A stretch of DNA of 49,926 nt from Bdellovibrionales bacterium (GTDB taxonomy: Bacteria; Bdellovibrionota; Bdellovibrionia; Bdellovibrionales; UBA1609). Below are positions 28,220-36,285 of this stretch, one piece after another. The DNA is taken from assembly GCA_031412575.1 (NCBI GenBank), contig JANODG010000248.1, positions 1 through 49,926 on the forward strand, given 5' to 3'. The translations under genes were made by a program, and so were the position numbers. Within the stretch, counting starts at the first letter, position 1. Every line of letters begins with the position of its first letter. The notes below the pieces were generated by a model. The model saw nothing but the letters and a program-made list of their open reading frames with translations. It searched no databases and was not told where the DNA came from.

Positions 28220-29734
28220 TTAAATTCTTGGAAATAAGGGTTCGGGTTTATTAATCTTAGACCCAGTGGTTAAACCATACCAATTTTGACAGTCTTCTTC
28301 TGCGTTTGACGGATCAAATTTGTAATCTAAACATTCAAAAAGAATGGACATTTTGTTTTTTAGAATAGGCGAAAGTAAAATCGCAGAAATTCTTAAAGCC
28401 TCAAGTGTATCACGTAAAATAATCGCGGCTTCTTCAGGATTTTCTTTGGCCAGTTTCCATGGAGCTTTGGCTTCAACAAACTGATTAATCAAATTTAAAT
28501 AGCTTATGATTTCAGTACACGCGTTGTGCGGTTCATTTTTTAAGATATGTTCCTTCACTTGTGAAAATAAATTTAAACCTACTGTTTTAAGCTCGGTGAC
28601 ATCACTTGTGCCGTCCGGAATAAGCCCATCATAGAACTTTGCAATTAAATTTGTAGAGCGACTTAAAAGATTTCCAAGAGTATTTGCAAGATCAGAATTT
28701 ACTTTTTTAATAACAAGGTCTTCAGAAAAAGGAGCATCATTTCCAAAACGAATTTCACTGGCAATATAATATTTAAAACTCTCTAAACCCACATCTTTAA
28801 CGACCTGAAGCGGATCTAAAACTTCCCCATCAGATTTGCTCATTTTGCCACTGTCTTTATTTAAAATCCAACCCGTCGCAAATATCTGATCAGGTAGTTT
28901 TAGATTTACAGCCATTAAAAGCGTGCACCAGTAAACAGCGTGCGTGACTAAAATATCTTTACCAATGATATGTTGAACGGTAGCGTTGTTCCACCAAGTT
29001 TCGAACCTCTCTTCGTCAGAAAACATCCCAACGGCTGCGGCGTAATTACTTAAAGCGTCCACCCAAACGTAAGTCACGTGATCGTTATCAAATGGAATTG
29101 GTATGCCCCAGTGAATTCTACTTTTTGGGCGACTGATACTTAAATCTTCTAAGGGTTTTGATAGAAATCCTAAAACTTCGTTTCGTTTGCTTTCAGGTTG
29201 AAGAAATTCTGGATTGTTTTTAATGTGCTCTAATAATTTTGTTTGATACTTGGACATTTTAAAGAAGTAGTTCTTTTCACTAACTTTTTCTACAGACTTA
29301 CCAGTTGGGGACTTTCCATTTACTAGATCATCTTCAGGATAAAAGGTTTCATCGCTGACGCAGTACCAGCCTTCGTAGTTTTGTTCGTAGATGTCACCTT
29401 GATCGTAAAGTTTTTGCAATAAAGTTTGAACCGCAATTTTATGTTTGGAATCTGTTGTGCGATAAAAAATGTCGTAATTAATTTCTAAATCTTTCCATGT
29501 CTGAATGTAGTTTTTTGCAAATTCGTCGCAATGGGATTGTGGGGTCACATTTCTTTTTTCTGCCGTCTGTTGAATTTTTTGTCCGTGCTCGTCGATGCCT
29601 GTTAGAAATAAGGTTTCAAAGCCAATCAGCTTTCTATACTCGTTCATGGTTGCTGCCATACAAGTGGCATACGCAGTCCCCAAATGAGGCTTGTCATTGA
29701 CGTAGTATAAAGGTGTGGTGGTGTAAAATCTCAT
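28220..29734 (-). CDS. metG: methionine-tRNA ligase (short form)
   Basis: YVNDKPHLG, GIDEHGQK, YVWVDAL, IGKDI, KMSKS, LGNLLSR. Confidence 0.97.
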   Translation of the reverse strand: MRFYTTTPLYYVNDKPHLGTAYATCMAATMNEYRKLIGFETLFLTGIDEHGQKIQQTAEKRNVTPQSHCDEFAKNYIQTWKDLEINYDIFYRTTDSKHKIAVQTLLQKLYDQGDIYEQNYEGWYCVSDETFYPEDDLVNGKSPTGKSVEKVSEKNYFFKMSKYQTKLLEHIKNNPEFLQPESKRNEVLGFLSKPLEDLSISRPKSRIHWGIPIPFDNDHVTYVWVDALSNYAAAVGMFSDEERFETWWNNATVQHIIGKDILVTHAVYWCTLLMAVNLKLPDQIFATGWILNKDSGKMSKSDGEVLDPLQVVKDVGLESFKYYIASEIRFGNDAPFSEDLVIKKVNSDLANTLGNLLSRSTNLIAKFYDGLIPDGTSDVTELKTVGLNLFSQVKEHILKNEPHNACTEIISYLNLINQFVEAKAPWKLAKENPEEAAIILRDTLEALRISAILLSPILKNKMSILFECLDYKFDPSNAEEDCQNWYGLTTGSKINKPEPLFPRI

Positions 29735-29762
29735 AATCAATTCCTTTTAAAAAGCTGACAAA

Positions 29763-30908
29763 TTATTTCTCTAAATTTAAATGCTTCATCACTCGGTTAA
29801 GATCTTTTCTGAATTCGACTATCTTTGCAGATGAGGCTGTCGTTTTTAAATGCTCAGACAAAGTTGTAATTGGGTAACCGCCGTACTTTCCAGATTTCAA
29901 AATGCTTTTTTGAACACACGATATTCCTGCCACTTGAACATTGTCTGTAATCTTAACGTGCCCCGTGACCGTTGTTCGGCCTCCACATACAAAAAAGTTT
30001 CCAATTTCTGTAGAGCCTGCAACCATGAATCCGGCGGTGATCAAACACGATTTTCCAATTTTACAGTTGTGGGCGATATGAACCAAGTTATCTATTTTAG
30101 TGAAGTCGCCTATGTAAGTCTCGCCGTAGGTGCCGCGGTCTATTTGTGTTCCTGCTCCAATATGAACATGATTTCCAAATCTGACACGTCCAATGTGTGG
30201 AATTGAAAAATGCTGTCCCCTTTGATCTGTCGCATACCCGAAACCGTCGCTCCCGATACAAGAGTTTGACTGAACTAAACAATGTTCACCCATGACAGTG
30301 CCCCAAGAAATCGTTACCTGAGGATAGATTTGCGTGTGATGACCTAGTTCGACGTTGCTTTCAATGACCACATGGGGCGCGATATTAACAAAATCTCCAA
30401 TTACACAATCTTTACCAATAACACTATAAGGACCAATTTTTACGGAATTTCCGATCTTAGCCGAAGCATGAACAAGCGCCGTTGGATGAATGTCCGATTC
30501 TGAGAAACAAAAATGGGAATCAGACCTTGGATTTTTCAAATAGTTTTGACTTATGAGGGCCATTGCCAATTTCGGATTTGGACTAATTAAGGTGATGATC
30601 GAATGATCATTAAAATATTTTATTAAAGACTCATCCGCATTCGAAGGCAAAACTGCTGCCTTAGGTAGCAACTTTGGATTTTGACTCGGGCTTAATTCTA
30701 AAAGTTTAATTTTTAAGCCTTCGATTGCGCTAAGTTCCGAAATGAAAATGATGCTGTTAGCTTCGGGTTTATCCACTGAGCTTATGAAATCAAATGAAAG
30801 GGCGGACATTGCATCTGCAGAATTATTCGAGAGCTTAATTAAATCTGGCCATTTTTGCTTGAGGTCTTCGATTGAAAATTTTTTATATATCTTAGATAAG
30901 TCTGTCAT
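29763..30908 (-). CDS. lpxD: UDP-3-O-acylglucosamine N-acyltransferase
   Basis: Hexapeptide repeats, IGSDGFGY, IDRG, KIDNLVHIAHNC; start revised to MTDLSK. Confidence 0.95.
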   Translation of the reverse strand: MTDLSKIYKKFSIEDLKQKWPDLIKLSNNSADAMSALSFDFISSVDKPEANSIIFISELSAIEGLKIKLLELSPSQNPKLLPKAAVLPSNADESLIKYFNDHSIITLISPNPKLAMALISQNYLKNPRSDSHFCFSESDIHPTALVHASAKIGNSVKIGPYSVIGKDCVIGDFVNIAPHVVIESNVELGHHTQIYPQVTISWGTVMGEHCLVQSNSCIGSDGFGYATDQRGQHFSIPHIGRVRFGNHVHIGAGTQIDRGTYGETYIGDFTKIDNLVHIAHNCKIGKSCLITAGFMVAGSTEIGNFFVCGGRTTVTGHVKITDNVQVAGISCVQKSILKSGKYGGYPITTLSEHLKTTASSAKIVEFRKDLNRVMKHLNLEK

Positions 30909-31120
30909 ATGGTCTCGTCGCTTTTTATTTAAAGTTTGTATGGGAGATGAATCGACGCCAATGTTTATTGGCATGCTCACTTAATACTAACTCACACTCA
31001 GCCAAAAAATATTTTACAATGACTTACAAACTCATAGCTCTATGCCTCTAGTCAAGAGCTTCAGATTGATGTATCTTCAAACATTATTAACGCTTTGTTT
31101 AAAATATAAGAGGGTGAATT

Positions 31121-31648
31121 ATGGCCGCTAAAAAAGCGACTAAGGGTACAGCAAAGAAAGAGACTGCAAAAAAAGCAGAAAAAAAACCTGCAAAAGCAGC
31201 TAAGGCTGAAAAAGTAGAAAAAGTTAAGGTCGAAAAGGTAAAGGTCGACAAAATTAAATCAGCGAAACCAGCTAAAGCAGAAAAAGAAAGTAAAAAGTCT
31301 GCATCTAAAAAAGTAAGCATGGATAGCGATCACGATTCTTCTGCTGAAACACCATCCACTTTGGTGAGCGCATCTGAAAAAGAAGCGCCTAAAAAGAAGA
31401 GAATGACTAAAAAACAATTGGCTGATCAATCTGAAAAAAACGAACTGAGCGAAAAATGGGCGAAGTTAAAAGATATCGATCATGAGTCTAAGCCTCAAAG
31501 ATACAAGATGTCCGATGCCTACGAGCCTAATACACCGATTGATCATCCGGTATTTGGATGGGGATTTATCTTATCTTTAAACGAGAACAAGCTTGAAGTT
31601 TTGTTTGAATCTGGCATTAAGATGCTTGTATCCAATTTAAAAGTTTAA
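31121..31648 (+). CDS. Lys/Ala-rich histone-H1-like N-terminus fused to a small SH3/Tudor-like domain
   Basis: AAKKA/KPAKA repeats; C-terminal IDHPVFGWG.I......LEVLF..G.KML. Confidence 0.8.
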   Translation: MAAKKATKGTAKKETAKKAEKKPAKAAKAEKVEKVKVEKVKVDKIKSAKPAKAEKESKKSASKKVSMDSDHDSSAETPSTLVSASEKEAPKKKRMTKKQLADQSEKNELSEKWAKLKDIDHESKPQRYKMSDAYEPNTPIDHPVFGWGFILSLNENKLEVLFESGIKMLVSNLKV

Positions 31649-31662
31649 ACAAAGGTAAATGA

Positions 31663-31881
31663 ATGGCTAAAGATGATCTCGCTCAAATTGATGGTAAAGT
31701 AACTGATGCTGGTGCGGGCGGTTTGTACAAAGTTGAATTAGAAAATGGTGTTGCAATAAAAGCTAAGCTTTGTGGCAAAATGCGAAGATTCAACATCAGA
31801 GTCGTTGTTGGTGACAAAGTGACCGTAGGCGTCTCTCCTTATGACCCATCACATGGCCTAATCATGTACAGACATAAATAG
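31663..31881 (+). CDS. infA: translation initiation factor IF-1
   Basis: MAKDD...G.V......YKVELENG...GKMR...IRV..GDKV.V..SPYD...G.I.YR. Confidence 0.97.
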   Translation: MAKDDLAQIDGKVTDAGAGGLYKVELENGVAIKAKLCGKMRRFNIRVVVGDKVTVGVSPYDPSHGLIMYRHK

Positions 31882-31926
31882 TCTAAATGAATTCTAAAAC
31901 TTCATTTTTTTAAATGAGCGTAATCT

Positions 31927-34668
31927 ATGAAAATAATAAACCAGTACGTTGAATCAAAAACTAAATTCACTTTGAACGAAAATCAGATCAAATCGATTGA
32001 TTTGATTGCTCAAGGTAAAACTCTAGAAGAGATTCACTTTAACAACCGTGAAAGTGGCATAGACGTTCAGTTTTGGCAGCTTGATTTATTTGAAACTTTA
32101 ATTCGTGGCTTTAATGAGCTAGAGAAAAAGAAGACCAAGATAATTGCAGATATTGAGCATCAAGACATCGAAAATAAAAATGAAGTCATTGAAGTGATTA
32201 AAGCTGCCGTTGATGATTCAAAAATTGAAGATATTTATAGACCATTTAAACGTCGTAAAAAAACTAAAGCTACATTGGCTCGTGAAGCCGGTCTTGCTGA
32301 TTTTGCAGATTGGATTTTAGACGTTGCTTATGGCAAGTCAGATTCAAGTGTCAGTTTAGAAGTTAAAGCTAAAGAATATCTTAAACCTGCCTTAGGTTTT
32401 ATCACTTACGATATCGTCCTTAAAGGGGCGCAAGATATCATTGTTGATCGTTTGTTAAAAAAGGCCGAAATCAGAGAAAAACTTAGCGATCTTTATTATA
32501 CAAAATCTACATTAAAAGTTGAAAAGTCAGACAGTTTTAAAAATCCAAAATACAATTCTTTGCTTACATTTAAAGAAAAAGTAGCTTCCCTTCTTGAAAC
32601 AAAAAATTACTACAAGTTTCCGATGGTTAAAAAAGCCTGGGAAGAAGGCCAAGTTAAAGTTTTATTAGAAGTTGATAAAACGGAATTAGTGGAACAGCTC
32701 AAATCTGAAATTCTAAAATTAGAAAAAGCAAATCCTTGGGCGGTTTTCTTAACCGAAGCCTTTCATAAATTAATCGATATTCATGTGGTGCCTTCGATCA
32801 CTCAAGAAATCATAGAAGAACTTTTATTAGTTTCGGAAAGTGAAACCGTTAAACGTTTAAAGCAAGATTATCAAAAGCTTTTAATGACGCCAGCATTTGG
32901 TGAAAAACCCATTTTAAGTTTTACTCAAATAAAAGACAGTCAGCTTGAAATGGCATTGGTCACTGACTTAGGCGAACTGGTTTCTTCTACGACTGTGGCT
33001 TTAGAAAAAGAATCATCGAAAGCTGACTTTCAAGCTTTAGTCCAAGACATCGTCAAACAAATTCCAATTGGTGCGATGGCCATCGGACTAAGTCCATTTG
33101 CAAGAACTATCGAAACTTTTATTTTAAGTTGTTTTGAAGGTGATATCAAAAAACTTCCGGCTCCGATTGCTTTTGTGGATATGCGTGGAGTTTCGTCTTA
33201 CGTTCACAATGCTTACGAAGCGGATCGAAACAAATCCAAAATGGATTACACACTTTTAACAATTGCCCGAAGAATGCAAGACCCATTAATGGAGCTTTCT
33301 AAATACGCGGCGAAATCTTTACTTGATATTCCAACCTATGTGACTGATGAGAAACTTTTGCCAGAACTTAGCAAAGTTTTAAAACATTGCATTTCGATTG
33401 TTGGATTAGATATAAATAAAGCAACTAAAATGCATCTAGAATTAGTTCCAGGGATTGATTCGGAACTTGCTGATAAAATTATAGAATTTAGAACACAAAA
33501 ATCTAGATTTGTTGAAAAGCAGCAATTGAGATCTGATCTTAATGTTTCTGAAGATAGATTCGATCTGATTTCGACATTTATCAAAGTCATGATTTCAAAA
33601 TCAATTTTAGATAAATCCCAAATTTCTGGAAAAGATTTTCCGGCGATTAAAGATTTTATTAAAGATCAGAATTTAACGACCCCATTAGTGTTAACGACAG
33701 AGCTTGAAACCCAAATTTTTGAATCCAAGTGGAAGTCGATATTTGGCGAACAAAAACTTAAATTCATTTTGAAAGAATTAAAATCCCCATACGCAGATTC
33801 TAGAAGAGCTTATAAGTTTTTTGGTTTTAGTGAGAAACTAAAAAACTTAAGCGATTTGAAAGTCGGTTGGAATTACCCAGCGCTTGTGACAAAGTTTTCT
33901 AGTTTTGGTGTTTTTGTGGATTTAGGCGTCCAGCAAGAAGGATTGATTCACTTAAGTGAACTTTCTAGCGAATTCGTATCAGATCCAAGAAAAGTTATTG
34001 GACTGGGTGAATGGGTTTACGTTCAGGTGATTGATTTTAATCCAGAGAAGAAATTAATTTCATTATCGAAAATTAAAGCCGAAAAATCATCTAATGATAA
34101 GTCTGTAAAATCTAAACCAAATTATAAGTCTGGCGATAGATCAGTATCGAAATCCGAGCCAAGATCGAACCAAAGATCTAATAACAAAACGAACTCACAG
34201 ACAGGATCAAGTCCCGAAGAAAGGTCTGCACGACCAGAGCGCACAGGGGAAAGAAAATTCTATCCTAAAAAAGACCTAGATCCAAAGTCTAGAAATTCAA
34301 ATTCACAGGATAGAAATAATAGTAAATCCGCTGATGGATCGAAGGCCGAAGGGTCATTCGATAAGAAAGCTGTAGATAACAAACCTATTGATCTTAGACC
34401 GAAGAACAAAAATAACACGCGCACTTACGCTGCAAAGCCTGGCAGTCAGCCGAACAAAGAAAAGCGTGATAATGGTGGCGGTTATGATAAGAGCGCAGGT
34501 GAAAGATCAGAACGACCAGACAGATCAGACAAAAATAGAAATCATAAAAATTCTGATAAGAAGTTTGATAAGAAAGATCAGAAAAGTCAGGATTCGAAAG
34601 GTTCAAAATCAAAGACACCTTTTAACAATCCTTTTGCGGCATTATCAAACCTCAACGTCAAAGAATAA
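31927..34668 (+). CDS. divergent Tex-like S1/HhH RNA-binding protein
   Basis: EDIYRPFKRRKKTKA.LAREAGL, IARRMQDPL.EL, VGLDINKA, S1 domain FGVFVDLG...GLIHLSELS; low-complexity tail ending NNPFAAL. Confidence 0.9.
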   Translation: MKIINQYVESKTKFTLNENQIKSIDLIAQGKTLEEIHFNNRESGIDVQFWQLDLFETLIRGFNELEKKKTKIIADIEHQDIENKNEVIEVIKAAVDDSKIEDIYRPFKRRKKTKATLAREAGLADFADWILDVAYGKSDSSVSLEVKAKEYLKPALGFITYDIVLKGAQDIIVDRLLKKAEIREKLSDLYYTKSTLKVEKSDSFKNPKYNSLLTFKEKVASLLETKNYYKFPMVKKAWEEGQVKVLLEVDKTELVEQLKSEILKLEKANPWAVFLTEAFHKLIDIHVVPSITQEIIEELLLVSESETVKRLKQDYQKLLMTPAFGEKPILSFTQIKDSQLEMALVTDLGELVSSTTVALEKESSKADFQALVQDIVKQIPIGAMAIGLSPFARTIETFILSCFEGDIKKLPAPIAFVDMRGVSSYVHNAYEADRNKSKMDYTLLTIARRMQDPLMELSKYAAKSLLDIPTYVTDEKLLPELSKVLKHCISIVGLDINKATKMHLELVPGIDSELADKIIEFRTQKSRFVEKQQLRSDLNVSEDRFDLISTFIKVMISKSILDKSQISGKDFPAIKDFIKDQNLTTPLVLTTELETQIFESKWKSIFGEQKLKFILKELKSPYADSRRAYKFFGFSEKLKNLSDLKVGWNYPALVTKFSSFGVFVDLGVQQEGLIHLSELSSEFVSDPRKVIGLGEWVYVQVIDFNPEKKLISLSKIKAEKSSNDKSVKSKPNYKSGDRSVSKSEPRSNQRSNNKTNSQTGSSPEERSARPERTGERKFYPKKDLDPKSRNSNSQDRNNSKSADGSKAEGSFDKKAVDNKPIDLRPKNKNNTRTYAAKPGSQPNKEKRDNGGGYDKSAGERSERPDRSDKNRNHKNSDKKFDKKDQKSQDSKGSKSKTPFNNPFAALSNLNVKE

Positions 34669-34760
34669 GCACCTGAGTGCGTAAGCATTTAATCCTTGGT
34701 GCGAATATCAACTTCATAAACTAATTCCCCGTCGTTTTCCACCGGCAGTTAACGATGTCT

Positions 34761-34888
34761 AGTTCACTCGTGCGCTTTTCGGGCGGCTACCGTTCAGTCC
34801 GCTTCGCTGGGACTTCCGTTCGCACGACGGCCACATGCGAAGCTGTACAGCTTTGCATGCCGTGGCCCCTGCGCACTTCGCTGGAACT
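34761..34888. repeat. GC-rich nested stem-loop element (REP/MITE-like or ncRNA)
   Basis: AGTTC/GAACT and GTGCGC/GCGCAC outer stems; inner AGTCC/GGACT and GGCCAC-ATGCGAAGCTG/CAGCTTTGCAT-GTGGCC hairpins. Confidence 0.6.
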
Positions 34889-34944
34889 TTTCCCCACTTT
34901 AGTATAGGGTTTACTTCAAGATAAAGTTTGGTCATCATTGAAAG

Positions 34945-35310
34945 ATGAAATCTTTATCCGTGGTGTTCATTTTGTTTTTTGCGGTTTCTTGTTTTGGATT
35001 TAATAAGAATTCATTGAGAGCTTTTAGCCAATACTATCAGCGCGTAAAAAACAATCATGATGCTTCTGAAAAAAGAATGATTGAAGTTGGCGAAAGGCAT
35101 CTTAAAAAACACGCAAGAATGGCGGAACATTTAACCTTGGCCGAAATGTTGCCCAAGTCGGCCCTAGAAATTCCCGAGTTTTGTAAAACCTATCCCAATC
35201 AGGTTTTGAGTTATTATAATCTTAAAAGTGCGAAAAACTTAAAGAACATTCAAAGTTCATCTTTTAAAGCTTTTAACACCATGGTGATCAAAGAGTGTAA
35301 GAAGAAATAA
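34945..35310 (+). CDS. hypothetical secreted protein
   Basis: N-terminal signal-like segment; no family recognised. Confidence 0.65.
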   Translation: MKSLSVVFILFFAVSCFGFNKNSLRAFSQYYQRVKNNHDASEKRMIEVGERHLKKHARMAEHLTLAEMLPKSALEIPEFCKTYPNQVLSYYNLKSAKNLKNIQSSSFKAFNTMVIKECKKK

Positions 35311-35312
35311 TT

Positions 35313-36107
35313 TTAAGTTAATAATTTGGCTGACATTTCGCTAAAGCCATAACCACCTTCTAAATTACAGATGTATTTGGGCTTATAGGTGAGCTGACTT
35401 AAAAACTTTTCGATATTTTTTACGCCAACCGACTGTGGAAAAAATTCGAACATAGGTTCGTCATTGGGTGAGTCCCCAATAAAAATAACTTCATCCTTAA
35501 TTTTTTTAGTGTCGGTCATCTGAAATCGATCTTTTAAAAAATCTAAAGTTGTTGTTAGTTTGTCGTGTTTTCCAAACCAACCGTTCACATGAATGGAACT
35601 GACTTTAGCTTCCGCTCCATGATTTTTAAATATTTGTACTATTTTTTTAATACCGCTCTCTGAAAGTGCTGGCACGTCTTCGCAAAAGTCTATGGCCAAA
35701 TCTACGGATCTGCAAAATTGATCTGAAGCCACAGCGCTGCCCGGAACTTGTGTTAAGATTTCATTTTGAATTTGTAATAATTTTTTTGAATTTTCTTTTC
35801 GGACAGTTTCGGATTGTGAATACTTGCGATGCATTTTATTCTTATCATAATAAAAATAGAAAGCGCCGTTTTCGCCAACGACGCCGTCTACAGGCCAAAA
35901 ACGAGCGATCATTTCACACCAGCCAGCCGGGCGTCCAGTTATAGGTACCACTTTGAAACCAGCATTTGATAATCGCCATAATGAGTCGTAGGCTTCTGAA
36001 ATGAGTTTGCCTTCTAGAGTTAATGTGTCATCAATATCACAGAGTATGTATTTGATGTTTTGTTTTGTGAGTTCATTGATACTATAATTAATTTTGCTTT
36101 GAGTCAT
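35313..36107 (-). CDS. HAD-IIB family hydrolase
   Basis: DIDDT, ITGR, ENG, IGDSPND motifs. Confidence 0.92.
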   Translation of the reverse strand: MTQSKINYSINELTKQNIKYILCDIDDTLTLEGKLISEAYDSLWRLSNAGFKVVPITGRPAGWCEMIARFWPVDGVVGENGAFYFYYDKNKMHRKYSQSETVRKENSKKLLQIQNEILTQVPGSAVASDQFCRSVDLAIDFCEDVPALSESGIKKIVQIFKNHGAEAKVSSIHVNGWFGKHDKLTTTLDFLKDRFQMTDTKKIKDEVIFIGDSPNDEPMFEFFPQSVGVKNIEKFLSQLTYKPKYICNLEGGYGFSEMSAKLLT

Positions 36108-36285
36108 GAATCCTCTGGATTTAATGTCTTTTAAAACTTAGTTTGGTGAGCGTTTACTTAACTTGAAAATAAACTTTAATTTAAATAAGAGAATAATGTT
36201 AGTATGTAAAGATAATGACTTGAAGAGAAGTTAAAAAACGTACTCAACAAGAGATACCAGCAGTTGTTCATACACTAGAGGTCAG

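Noticed and set aside
34689-34748. Minus-strand peptide LPVENDGELVYEVDIRTKD*, PepSY-like
   Set aside because: Only 19 codons, bounded by stops; cannot be distinguished from chance without a search
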